From Alphaproteobacteria bacterium (lineage in GTDB: Bacteria; Pseudomonadota; Alphaproteobacteria; SP197), in NCBI GenBank assembly GCA_964291415.2, contig OZ219918.1, forward strand, positions 928,001-992,000: DNA of 64,000 nt, in the 5' to 3' direction. Under the pieces are notes generated by a model. It did no database searches, was not told where the DNA came from, and was given only the letters and a program-made list of their open reading frames with translations. The first letter of the stretch is position 1, and the number at the start of each line of letters is the position of its first letter. This document shows, in pieces, positions 1-9,643 of the stretch. Position numbers and translations under genes: made by a program.

Positions 1-595
1 CCGGATCGGCGCCGTCCGCCCAGTAGCCGTCAAGCCTGCCGCTTGCCAGCCAGGCCAGGTCGAGTGACGGCGCACCAAGGCAACGCAGTCGGGGACCCTT
101 TTTCAACAGCCGGGCGATGCCAAGGGCACTTGGCACGCCGTCACCGTGCCCAAGGACGCTCCCGGAGAGCGACCTGGTCCGGGAGACCCGCAAACGCCGT
201 GAGTGCATGAAGGCGCCGTGCCCGCGTTCGGCCCAGAAGAGTTCGTCCCTCAGGGGGTCGAGGACGACACCGGCGACAACCTCGCCGGTCATCTCGACAG
301 CGACGGCAATGGAGACATGGGGAACGGCATGGACGAGGTTGTCGACGCCGTCAAGCGCACTGACGACCCAGCGACTGCCGCCCGCCGAGTCATCAAAGGA
401 AAAATCCGGACGGGCCCGGGCGAGTTCCCGTCTGATGGTCTCTCCCGCGCGACGCCTGGAGGCCTCGACGAACCGTGTCGCCCCCGCCATCGAAGACACG
501 AGGTTGTCGGCCTCGTTGTAGTCCCGGATCAGGGCGACCGCCGCCTTCGACGCCGCCTTCGCCATGACGGTGATGAGAGGCGATTGGGAGGCCAA
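1..595 (-). CDS. suhB: SuhB/inositol monophosphatase family protein, active-site motifs degenerate (runs off window edge)
   Basis: Manual translation from TTG at 595: MASQSPLITVMAKAASKAAVALIRDYNEADNL...RRELARARPDF...WVVSALDGVDNLVHAVPHVSIAVAV...DPLRDELFWAERGHGAF...LRCLGAPSLDLAWLASGRLDGYW; directly downstream of efp, the usual alphaproteobacterial synteny. Confidence 0.85.
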   Translation of the reverse strand, partial: MASQSPLITVMAKAASKAAVALIRDYNEADNLVSSMAGATRFVEASRRRAGETIRRELARARPDFSFDDSAGGSRWVVSALDGVDNLVHAVPHVSIAVAVEMTGEVVAGVVLDPLRDELFWAERGHGAFMHSRRLRVSRTRSLSGSVLGHGDGVPSALGIARLLKKGPRLRCLGAPSLDLAWLASGRLDGYWADGADP

Positions 596-604
596 GACCG
601 TCGA

Positions 605-1171
605 TCAGTCCTTCGCGCGTTCCCGGTAGGTCGCATCCACGGTACTGACCACCACCCTGACACCGGTCTCGATGTGTGGTGGAACCATGATGCGCAGTCC
701 GTTCTCCAGGATGGCGGGCTTGTAGGATGACGCGGCAGTCTGCCCCTTGACCACCGCTTCGGTTTCGACAATGGCGAGGACGACCGTCTCCGGCAGGGAG
801 ACGCCGACAACCTCGTCTTCATGGGACTGGATCATGACCTCCATGCCGTCCTGGAGGAAGGCTGCACTGGAACCCAGCATGTCACGGTTGATGATCGTCT
901 GCTCGAAGGTCTCGGAGTTCATGAACGTGAAGGAGTCCGCATCGGCAAAGAGGAACTGGTGCGGCGTGTCCCAGAGCCTGACCCGTTCCACGGATTCCGA
1001 CGACCGGAACCGCTCGTTGAGCTTCGTGCCGTCGCGGATGTCCTTGAGTTCCACCTGGAGGTAGGCGCCACCCTTGCCAGGCTGGGTGTGCTGGATTCTG
1101 GTGGCGACCAGAAGCCGGTCCTTGTGGTGGATCACCATGCCAGGACGGATCGCGTTGCCGTCGATCTTCAT
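605..1171 (-). CDS. efp: Translation elongation factor P
   Basis: QPGKGGAY loop, KGQTAASSYKPAILENG C-terminal motif, 188 aa. Confidence 0.98.
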   Translation of the reverse strand: MKIDGNAIRPGMVIHHKDRLLVATRIQHTQPGKGGAYLQVELKDIRDGTKLNERFRSSESVERVRLWDTPHQFLFADADSFTFMNSETFEQTIINRDMLGSSAAFLQDGMEVMIQSHEDEVVGVSLPETVVLAIVETEAVVKGQTAASSYKPAILENGLRIMVPPHIETGVRVVVSTVDATYRERAKD

Positions 1172-1253
1172 GACATCACTACCTGATGTTGGGAGTTTCG
1201 AGCGGCGCGGACGCTAGCACCACCCCTTACCCAAGGCAAGGTCGCGCGCGTTC

Positions 1254-1353
1254 ATGATCCGATGATCATACGGTCTCAATATAGTCTTCGTGATATATTT
1301 TATGGTTATGATCCCTGAGACATATTGACAGAAAATGATCCGATGATCATATT
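1254..1353 (+). promoter_or_regulatory. hipBA promoter with palindromic operators
   Basis: ATGATC-CGAT-GATCAT occurs identically at 1254-1269 and 1335-1350, with a degenerate copy at 1308-1323; TTGACA at 1325-1330 is 17 nt before CATATT (1348-1353), so the operator lies between -35 and -10. Confidence 0.75.
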
Positions 1354-1370
1354 TCTGCGAAAGGACCATC

Positions 1371-1625
1371 ATGATGAACACGATTGCCCGCACCACCAAG
1401 GACATCGGCAACGTCCTGCGCAACGTGCGCAAGGCAAAGGGCCTGACACAGACCGAGCTGGCCAGTCGCGCCGGCGTCTGGCAGCGCACGATCTCGAACA
1501 TCGAGACCAGCGCCAGCGAGGCCAGGCTCGATACGGTATTCGATCTGCTGGCAGCGCTCGACCTCGAATTCCGCATCGTCCCGCGCAGCAAGATGAAGCC
1601 TGGCGACCTGGAGGACATATTCTGA
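1371..1625 (+). CDS. hipB: HipB-like XRE-family HTH antitoxin
   Basis: 84 aa, GLTQTELASRAGVWQRTISNIE HTH; TGATG overlap with hipA. Confidence 0.9.
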   Translation: MMNTIARTTKDIGNVLRNVRKAKGLTQTELASRAGVWQRTISNIETSASEARLDTVFDLLAALDLEFRIVPRSKMKPGDLEDIF

Positions 1626-3041
1626 TGGGGCGCAAGCGCACCTACGCGCCGCTGGACGTCTACATGAACCGTCGCAGGGTGGGTCAGTTCCTCCGCGAAC
1701 CGGACGGCGCCTTTGCCTTCGCTTATGACGGGGAGTGGCTGGCATGGGAGAACACGCTGCCGGTGTCGCGGTCGCTGCCGTTGCGCCCGGAACGCCACGT
1801 CGGCCGCTCGGTCATCGCGGTCTTCGACAACCTGCTTCCCGACGGTGGCGACATGCGCAGGCGCGTAGCCGAACGTGTCGGCGCGGACGGGCTTGATGCC
1901 CACTCCCTGCTTGCCCGGATCGGACGGGATTGCGCAGGGGCCCTGCAATTCCTGCCTGAGGGAGAGGAACCGGAGCCCAGCGACGTGTTGAAGGGCGAGC
2001 CGCTGAGCGACGATGAGATCGCCATGATGCTCAAGGATCTGGGGCGTACGCCGCTTGGCATCCGGCGCGGGCGGGACTTCAGGATCTCCGTCGCCGGCAC
2101 GCAGGAAAAGACCGCGCTCCTCTTGCACGAAGGCCAATGGATAGAACCGACCGGCACGACGCCGACGACGCACATCCTCAAGCCGGCGATCGGCGTCTTG
2201 CCGAATGGCATGGATCTGACTGACAGCGTCGAGAACGAGCACTTCTGCCTGCGGCTGATGGCAGCATTCGGTCTGCCCGTGGCCCGCACCGGGATGAGTC
2301 ACCTTCGCCGATACCCGTGCGCTGGTGATCGAACGCTTCGACCGGCTCTTCGCACGTGATGGCCGTCTGATCCGCCTGCCACAGGAAGATTGCTGCCAGG
2401 CGCTCAGCGTACTGCCAACCCGCAAGTACCAGAATGAGGGCGGCCCCGGTATCGTCGAGATCTGCGAACTGCTTCAGGGAAGTGACGAACCGGCCCGTGA
2501 CCGTGCCAGTTTTTTCAAGGCCAATGTCCTGTTCTGGCTGATCGGCGCGACGGACGGTCATGCGAAGAACTTCAGCATCGCGCTGATGCCGGGTGGGCGC
2601 TTCACCATGACTCCGTTCTATGATGTGCTGTCCGTGCAGCCGATGCTGGATGCGGGGCAGCTTCGGATCAAGGACATGAAGCTTGCGATGCGGGTGGGCA
2701 GGAATCGTCGCTACAGGGTGGTGGATATCCTGGGTCGGCATTTTGCCGAAACCGGGCTTGCCGCGTCCTTTTCGCGCGAGCAGATCGCGCAGGTCTCGAG
2801 CACGATCCGCCCAGGCGCGTTGAGATGCCGCCCGAGCATTCCAGCAGCCTTGAACGACATGCGGGGACTCCGGTATTGCGCCCAGGGAGATGCCGCCCGG
2901 TTTTTCGAGATTCACTCGGACGCGGATAGGGCATTCGAGACCGCCCTGTCAGAGATGCCGCCCGGTTTTCCCATGGCCCTCATCGAGGCCGTCAAGCGCG
3001 GGTTCCAGCAACGAATCGGGCGGCTCGTGCCGACGACATAG
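1625..3041 (+). CDS. hipA: HipA-family serine/threonine kinase toxin (frameshift near 2300; 35-aa in-frame insertion near C-terminus)
   Basis: LPVSRSLPL, FDNLLPD, IGRDCAGAL, ISVAGTQEKTAL, THILKP, ENEHFCL, then in another frame LVIERFDR, RLPQEDCCQAL, DGHAKNFS, TPFYDVLS. Confidence 0.92.
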
Positions 3042-3363
3042 CAGGCGGCGGCATCGTTTCAGCCAGTCATGATCGCGTTGGCTGCTCACCCCGAGCCATG
3101 AGACGCAAGTCTGTTGCACTTGGACACCTCGGGTGTGCCCAACCTTCACGGTTGAGCGGAGTGCCCTTTCGCCAGGGACGGGAGAGGGGGAGATCTGCCC
3201 ACTCCCGCGCTGCCGCCGTGCTCCAATGGCCTCCTTTTTTCCTGCGTCACTGCGTGTCCGGTCGCCGCCAGTCATCGCGGAAACGCACCGCCTCTATCGA
3301 TCCGGTGACGCAGCCGCGGCTGGCCGCGCCGCTGCTGTCTGGTTCAATCCGACATCGAGCGGC

Positions 3364-3728
3364 TCAGGGCGGCGGGGGCGTCTCACCCCTGTCGTTGGGG
3401 GCAGGGAGTTCGTGGTGGAATGTGCCGCCACATGTTCTGGTCATGTCGGCGATGCGGGCCACGATGGAAGGCTCGCCCATGAGGTGAATGTCGCGCCAGC
3501 CCAGGCGCAGGGCGAGCATGGCGTATCCGGCATCGGGGCCGCAGTCGATCAGCGCCCGCACGGTGGGGGTATCGGCTCCGGCCTGGCGCATCATCTCCAG
3601 AAGATAGGCCGGACCCAGCCTTGCGCAGGCTCCCGGTGCGGTGACAAGGAGGATCTCCCGGCCGCGCCGCCGGGCCTCCGCCACGGCCGCGCGGGCTTCC
3701 TCCAGGGTTTCGACGACGCGGGGTGTCA
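3364..3728 (-). CDS. Hypothetical protein downstream of pgk (start uncertain)
   Basis: About 120-aa open frame ([15 protein letters not shown]...LIDCGPDAGYAMLALRLGW) fused to pgk in the ORF track only because of the pgk frame disruption. Confidence 0.6.
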
Positions 3729-4947
3729 GGCCGCCTCCAGCGCCACCAGTCCGGGCAGCGGTGTTCCCTCGAGCCATTGCAGGAAGGCGCCGCCCGCCGT
3801 GGAGACGTAGGAGAAGCTCTCCGTGACTCCCGCATGGGTGAGAGCTGCTGCGGTATCGCCGCCACCCGCCACCGAGAAGATTTTCCCTTTCTGCGTGAGA
3901 TCCGCGATCGTCCGAGCGAGAAGACTTTTCCTTTCTGCGTGAGAGTGCGAGCGAGTTCGCAACGGTGCCTGAGTCAAACCCGGCGCGTTCGAACATCCCC
4001 ATGGGGCCGTTCCAGACCACGGTCCTGCACCCCTCGATGAGGCGCGAGACCGCCGCCACGCTCAGCGGCCCGATGTCGAGAATCCGCGCCTGGCGGCCGA
4101 TGGCATCGAGACCGCAGGGCACCGGTCGGCCATCCTCCTCGACGACGGCATCGACGGGCAGGTGAATGGCATGACCGCGTTCGCGGGCCGTTCTCATGAT
4201 GCGATCGGCGGTATCGATCATGTCGGCCTCGTGGAGCGAGGCGCCGATCCTGGTGCCTTGCGCGGCGAGGAAGGTGTTGGCCATGGCGCCGCCGACGACG
4301 AGATGATCCGCCCAGCGCGACAGACGGTCCAGAATGGCAAGCTTGGTTGACACCTTGGCGCCGCCGACGACGGCGGCCACCGGGCGTGCGGGGTGAGTGA
4401 GCGCCCGGGCGATGGCGTTGACTTCCTCCTCCATGAGACGCCCGGCACAGGATGGCAGCAGACGCGCCAGCGAGGTGACCGAGGCATGGGCGCGGTGGCT
4501 GACGGAAAACGCATCGTTGACGTAGATGTCGCCGAGGGCGCCGAGGGCATGGGCGAAGTCGCGATCATCAGCCTCCTCTCCCGGGTGGAAGCGGAGATTC
4601 TCGAGCACGGCAACGTCACCGGGTCCGGTGGCCGCAATGATGTCCGCGGCGCTGTCACCGATCGTGTCCGTGGCGAAGGCTACCGGACGGCCAAGGGCAT
4701 CCGCGATCGCCGCGGCGACGGGAGCGAGCGACAGCGAGGGATCGGGCCTGCCGCCCGGTCTGCCGAGGTGGGCGAGAATGATCGTGCGGGCCCCCTTGTC
4801 CGCGAGCTCGCGCACGGTGGCAAGGCTCCGAGCGATGCGTTCGCTTCCCGTGACGCGTCCGCCGTCGATCGGCACGTTGAGGTCGAGTCGCAACAGAACC
4901 CGCCTGCCGGCGGGACTGATGTCATCAAGTGTGCGGAAGGCGCCCAC
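3726..4947 (-). CDS. pgk: Phosphoglycerate kinase (frame disrupted by a short duplicated segment at about 3916-3955)
   Basis: [57 protein letters not shown]; C-terminus VAGGGDT and [15 protein letters not shown] in ORF 3726..3977. Confidence 0.95.
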
Positions 4948-4966
4948 GGCCGGGCAGGGCGTTCTC

Positions 4967-5973
4967 CTAGAGGAACCTGGCGAGCGACGCTGCGGTGTCG
5001 CTCATCCGGTTCGAGAATCCCCATTCGTTGTCATACCAGGAGAGCACCCTGACAAACCGGCCGTCGATGACCTTGGTCTCGCCGAGATCGAAGACGGAAC
5101 TCGCAGGGTTGTGGTTGAAGTCACTGGAAACGAGGGGCTCGTCGTTGACGGCAAGAACACCCTTGAGACGGCCGCGGGCCGCCTTGCCGACGGCGCGATT
5201 GACGTCTTCCACGCTGGTTTCCTGCGACGCCTCGAACTTGAAGTCGACGAGACTGACATTGGGCGTGGGAACCCGGATCGACGTGCCGTCGAGCTTGCCT
5301 TCGAGTTCCGGAAGCACCAGGCCCACGGCGCGGGCAGCTCCGGTGGAGGTGGGAATCATGGACGCCGATGCGGCGCGTGCCCGGCGTGGGTCGGCGTGCA
5401 GGGTGTCGACGGTTCTCTGATCCCCGGTGAAGGCATGGATGGTCGTCATGAATCCGTGTCGGATGCCGACCGCCTTGTGAAGCACGGCGGCGACGGGCGC
5501 CAGGCAGTTGGTCGTGCACGAGGCGTTGGAGATGACATCGTGCGCCTTGCGAAGCTTGCCGTGATTGACCCCGTAGACCACGGTGAGATCCGCCCTTGCG
5601 CCGGCGCGGAGACCAGGACCTTGCGGGCGCCGGCCTCGAGGTGCTGGGACGCCTTGTCGCGGGAGGCAAAGATGCCCGTGCATTCCATGACGACGTCGAT
5701 CTCGAGGTCGCTCCATGGAAGATGGGAAGGATGCCGTTCCTGGAGCACAGTGACACTCTTTCCGTCGACTTCGAGCGTGGACCCGCGCGCCGAAACCTCA
5801 CCCGGGTAGATGCCGTGAACCGTGTCGTACTTGAGGAGGTGAGCGTTGGCCTCGGCGGTGCCCAGATCGTTGATGGCAACGAACTCCAGGTCATCGCGTC
5901 CAGATTCCATCGCGGCACGAAAGACAAGGCGACCGATACGGCCAAACCCATTGATGGCAACGCGAACCGCCAT
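4967..5973 (-). CDS. gap: Type I glyceraldehyde-3-phosphate dehydrogenase (1-nt frameshift near 5593)
   Basis: [52 protein letters not shown] split over two ORFs at a G run. Confidence 0.96.
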
Positions 5974-6064
5974 ACCTGCCTCCAGGGTCGATGAGTGATC
6001 CCGTCCTAACTGTTTACATGGCCGCCGGTCAACGCATCCCTCGGGACGGCCGGGTTCTTCCGTG

Positions 6065-8056
6065 TCAGAGACGCTGTCTGACCGCCTCGACGACCGCCTC
6101 GGGCGTGATGCCGAAGTGCTCGTAGAGCGCTCCGGCGGGCGCCGATTCACCAAACCCGCTGACGCCGACAAACCCGCCTTCTTCGCCGATGATGTCCGTC
6201 CACCCGAAGGGCAGGGAGGCCTCGACGGCGACGGTCGCCCGGTCGCGCGGGATCAGGGCGGCGCGGGCATCCTGACCCTGGCTCCTGAAGAGTTCCTGGC
6301 ACGGCATCGACACGACCCGCGTGCCGATGCCGTCGTCCTCGAGAATCCGGCCTGCCTCGATGGCGATCGCGACCTCCGATCCACTGGCAACGATGGTCGC
6401 CCTGTGAACTGCTGCAGCCTCGCGAATCACGTAGGCACCCGTGCTGCAGGGATTGCCGGGAAGAGGTTCATGCCTCGCCTGGGGAAGACCCTGGCGGGAG
6501 AGCGCGATCACCGATGGCGTCGTCTGCGATGTCAGGGCCAGTTCCCAGCACTCGGCGGTCTCGATGGCATCCGCGGGGCGGTAGACATGCAGGTTGGGAA
6601 TGGCCCTCAGGCTGGCGAGGTGCTCGACCGGCTGGTGTGTCGGCCCGTCCTCGCCGAGTCCGATCGAGTCATGTGTCATCACGTAGATGACACGCTGCTG
6701 CATGAGCGCGGCAAGGCGGATTGACGGACGGCAGTAGTCGGTGAACGCAAGGAAGGTCCCGCCGTAGGGGATGATTCCGCCATGGAGCGCCATGCCGGTC
6801 ATGGCGGCGGCCATGGCGTGTTCGCGGACTCCGTAGCGAACGTAGGTTCCGGAATAGTCCCCGGCGGTGATGTCGGCCATCGCGGATGTGCGCGTGTTGT
6901 TGGAGCCGGTGAGGTCGGCCGAACCACCGATCATTTCGGGCAGGACTCCGGTCAGACGGTCAAGCGCCAGTTCACTCGCCTTTCGGGTGGCGACGCGGAC
7001 CGGATCGGCGAGCAGACCGGAGACATGGTCGGCCGTGACATCGCGCACCCGATCTTCGATGTCGCCGGCCATGCGCCGCTCGAACTCCCCGCGCGCGGCG
7101 GAATCGAGTGCATCGAGCTTGCGTTGCCATTCCTCGTGGAGGGGGGCGTTGCGCCTCCCCGCCTCGTTCCAGGCGTCGAGAATGTCACCGGGAATGACGA
7201 AGGGCTCGGAATCCCAGCCCAGTTCGCTTCGCGCCGCGGAAACCTCGTCCGCGCCCAGAGGAGAGCCGTGGGCCGCCGCCGTTCCCGCCTTGCCGGGAGA
7301 CCCGAATCCGATGACGGTGCGGCAGGCGATGAGACTTGGACGGTCGCTGTCGAGGGCCCGTTCCAGAGCGCCGGCGATCGCCTCGCCATCATGGCCATCC
7401 ACGCTTTCCACTGCCCAGTTCAGGGCCCTGAAACGCGCCAGGGCGTCGTCGGAGACGGCGAGCGAGGTCGGTCCGTCGATCGAGATGCCGTTGTCGTCGA
7501 ACAGAACGATCAGGCGGTTGAGCGCGAGGTGGCCGGCCAGAGAGGCGGCTTCGTGGCTGATTCCCTCCATCAGGCATCCGTCGCCGGCAATGACCCAGGT
7601 GCGGTGATCGACGAGGTCGCCGAAGCGGTCCGCCATGATCCTTTCGCCAAGGGCCATGCCGACGGCGTTGGCGAAACCCTGGCCGAGCGGTCCGGTGGTC
7701 GTCTCGATGCCGGGGCTTGCGCCGTACTCGGGATGGCCCGCGGTACGGCTTCCCAGCTGTCTGAACCTGCGGATCTCGTCCAGCGACATGTCGGCGTAGC
7801 CCGACAGATGGAGCAGCGCGTAAAGCAGCATGGACCCGTGACCGGCCGAGAGCACAAAGCGGTCCCGGTCCGGCCACTCCGGATGCCTCGGGTCGAACTT
7901 CAGAAACCGGGTGAAGAGCACAGTGGCGACATCCGCCATGCCCATGGGCATGCCGGGATGTCCGCTCGCTGCCGCCTCGACGGCATCCATGGCAAGGGCC
8001 CTTATGGCGTTTGCCATCCTGCGTTGTGTGACTCGTTCCACCGCCTGCCCGTCCAT
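6065..8056 (-). CDS. tkt: Transketolase
   Basis: SGHPGMPMG, DRFVLSAGHGSM, GDGCLMEG, YGVREHAM, THDSIGLGEDGPTHQ. Confidence 0.98.
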   Translation of the reverse strand: MDGQAVERVTQRRMANAIRALAMDAVEAAASGHPGMPMGMADVATVLFTRFLKFDPRHPEWPDRDRFVLSAGHGSMLLYALLHLSGYADMSLDEIRRFRQLGSRTAGHPEYGASPGIETTTGPLGQGFANAVGMALGERIMADRFGDLVDHRTWVIAGDGCLMEGISHEAASLAGHLALNRLIVLFDDNGISIDGPTSLAVSDDALARFRALNWAVESVDGHDGEAIAGALERALDSDRPSLIACRTVIGFGSPGKAGTAAAHGSPLGADEVSAARSELGWDSEPFVIPGDILDAWNEAGRRNAPLHEEWQRKLDALDSAARGEFERRMAGDIEDRVRDVTADHVSGLLADPVRVATRKASELALDRLTGVLPEMIGGSADLTGSNNTRTSAMADITAGDYSGTYVRYGVREHAMAAAMTGMALHGGIIPYGGTFLAFTDYCRPSIRLAALMQQRVIYVMTHDSIGLGEDGPTHQPVEHLASLRAIPNLHVYRPADAIETAECWELALTSQTTPSVIALSRQGLPQARHEPLPGNPCSTGAYVIREAAAVHRATIVASGSEVAIAIEAGRILEDDGIGTRVVSMPCQELFRSQGQDARAALIPRDRATVAVEASLPFGWTDIIGEEGGFVGVSGFGESAPAGALYEHFGITPEAVVEAVRQRL

Positions 8057-8230
8057 CAGGATCGTGAACCTCCTAGCTCCATGCCCCCGTGTCCGGTGGC
8101 ATCGGCACCTTACATAAAGAGTGGAGGGAAACGGGACAAGGTCCGCCGGGCCATGGCGATCTGCAACGCCTGCCTTTATTGGCGTGCGCCATGGCGCTAT
8201 TGTCGCCCCGACTTCGGACCGGGAGCGAAC

Positions 8231-8492
8231 ATGGCTTCAAGGGACAGGACGTTGATGAGGCTGGACAAGGCCGTCAAGCGACTGGAACGTGCCCTTGACG
8301 TATCGCAGGATGCACGCAAGGGATTGCGCAGGGCCGGGCGCAGGGGATCTCGGTGGTGCCGGGCAGGGAATGAAGGAACTCGAAGAGCGGCTGAAGACGG
8401 CGGATGCCCGCCTGGGATCCGTGATCTCGGAACTGAAAACGATGTTGGAGCGCGGTGATGCCCCAGGTGACGGTACTGATCAACGGTCATGA
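8231..8492 (+). CDS. Small coiled-coil protein upstream of zapA (ZapB/DUF4164-like), apparently frameshifted
   Basis: MASRDRTLMRLDKAVKRLERAL, then in another frame ELEERLKTADARLGSVISELKTML; conserved position between tkt and zapA. Confidence 0.55.
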
Positions 8493-8772
8493 GTATGACG
8501 TGGCCTGTGGCGAGGGGCAGGAAAGACGCACCTGCGAACTCGCCGGCTATGTTGACGGCAAGATAAAGGAACTCGTCGGCCAGCTCGGCAATCTTGGTGA
8601 TCAGCGCTTGCTGCTCCTGGCGTCGCTTCATCTTGTCGATGAGCTCTGGGACTACCAGGAGGCCGGAGCCAGGGGGACGACGAAGGCGGTGGATGTGCGC
8701 AGGGCCGCTGCCATCGATGCGCTGGCGGAGCGGATCGAGCGCATGGCCGAGCGTATCGAGGGCAGCAGGTGA
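8458..8772 (+). CDS. zapA: Cell division protein ZapA
   Basis: MPQVTVLINGHEYDVACGEGQE, RLLLLASLHLVDEL. Confidence 0.92.
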   Translation: MPQVTVLINGHEYDVACGEGQERRTCELAGYVDGKIKELVGQLGNLGDQRLLLLASLHLVDELWDYQEAGARGTTKAVDVRRAAAIDALAERIERMAERIEGSR

Positions 8773-8877
8773 CACCCGTTCCGGCTGGCCCTGCAGCGCC
8801 CGGCGCGCGAGGGTTCCCCGGCGAAACCTTCAAATTGCCTGTATCCATCGGCCGGGGACCGGTTCTATAAGGAGACC

Positions 8878-9043
8878 GGGGCGGTTGTCTGCCCGGCAGG
8901 TTGTCACATCAATCCCCGGGGCCAATGCACATCATCCGGGAGCTGTCCCTGGCGGGGGTGTGCCCCCGTTATCACGGCGCCCACCTGCACACGCAGGCCA
9001 CGGAGGAGTGCCCATGGAACAACGGCGCGGGTGGTGCCGCCCC
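8878..9043 (+). ncRNA. ssrS: 6S RNA (boundaries approximate)
   Basis: Canonical position between zapA and ygfA; motifs ATCCCCGGGGCC, GGGAGCTGTCCCTG and GGCGCCCACCT resemble alphaproteobacterial 6S; ends GGGGCGG/CCGCCCC can pair; TATAAG just upstream. Confidence 0.8.
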
Positions 9044-9045
9044 TG

Positions 9046-9621
9046 ATGGACGAGAAGGCGCTGCAGCGCAGGCGCTGCATGGAGTTGAGGAAGCGGCTTC
9101 ATGCCTCCCCCGGCGATGCCGGCGAGAGAGCGTGCCGTCACTTCCTGTCGACAATCGGATTTCCTTCCGGCGCCGCCATATCCGCCTACATTCCGGTCGG
9201 TTCGGAGTTCGATGTCCTGCCGCTCGCCAGGGCAGCCCATGCCGGCGGACATGAGGTCGGCATGCCCGTTGTCGTGGCAAGGGACCGGCCCCTTGTCTTT
9301 CGGGCATGGACCCCGGGCGACAGACTGGAAGCCGGTGCGTGGAACATTCCGGTTCCAGCCGCCGGTGCGGCGCCCGTGGTCCCGCGCCTTCTTCTTGTTC
9401 CGATGCTGGCGTTCGATCCGGAAGGATACCGACTGGGCTATGGCGGCGGATTCTACGACCGCACGCTCCAGGAACTCAGGCGCAGTGGCCGGACGGTCAC
9501 CGCCGTGGGTGTGTGCTATGCCGGGCTCGAAGTCGACGCGGTGCCTCGCCAGACCCATGATGCCCGCCTCGACTGGATCGTGACCGAGGACGGCGCGTGG
9601 TCAACAGGAGAGGTGGCGTGA
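9046..9621 (+). CDS. ygfA: 5-formyltetrahydrofolate cyclo-ligase
   Basis: LVPMLAFDPEGYRLGYGGGFYDRTL, HDARLDWIVTE. Confidence 0.95.
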   Translation: MDEKALQRRRCMELRKRLHASPGDAGERACRHFLSTIGFPSGAAISAYIPVGSEFDVLPLARAAHAGGHEVGMPVVVARDRPLVFRAWTPGDRLEAGAWNIPVPAAGAAPVVPRLLLVPMLAFDPEGYRLGYGGGFYDRTLQELRRSGRTVTAVGVCYAGLEVDAVPRQTHDARLDWIVTEDGAWSTGEVA

Positions 9622-9643
9622 TTGCCCCAGGGAGAGACGAGAG

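Noticed and set aside
2822-2970. CRISPR array from the 65-bp periodic repeats in hipA
   Set aside because: The repeat is only 13-18 bp with three copies, one being native coding sequence; no cas genes seen
1198-3363. TCGAGCGGC at 1198 and 3355 as a target-site duplication around hipBA
   Set aside because: A 9-bp GC-rich match is expected by chance, and the left copy would separate efp from its likely promoter region
3364-4947. 527-aa PGK fusion protein in the ORF track
   Set aside because: Product of the frame disruption; the true PGK C-terminus is in ORF 3726..3977
5593-5600. Programmed frameshifting in gap
   Set aside because: Single missing G in a run, no slippery heptamer recognised, and part of a local error cluster
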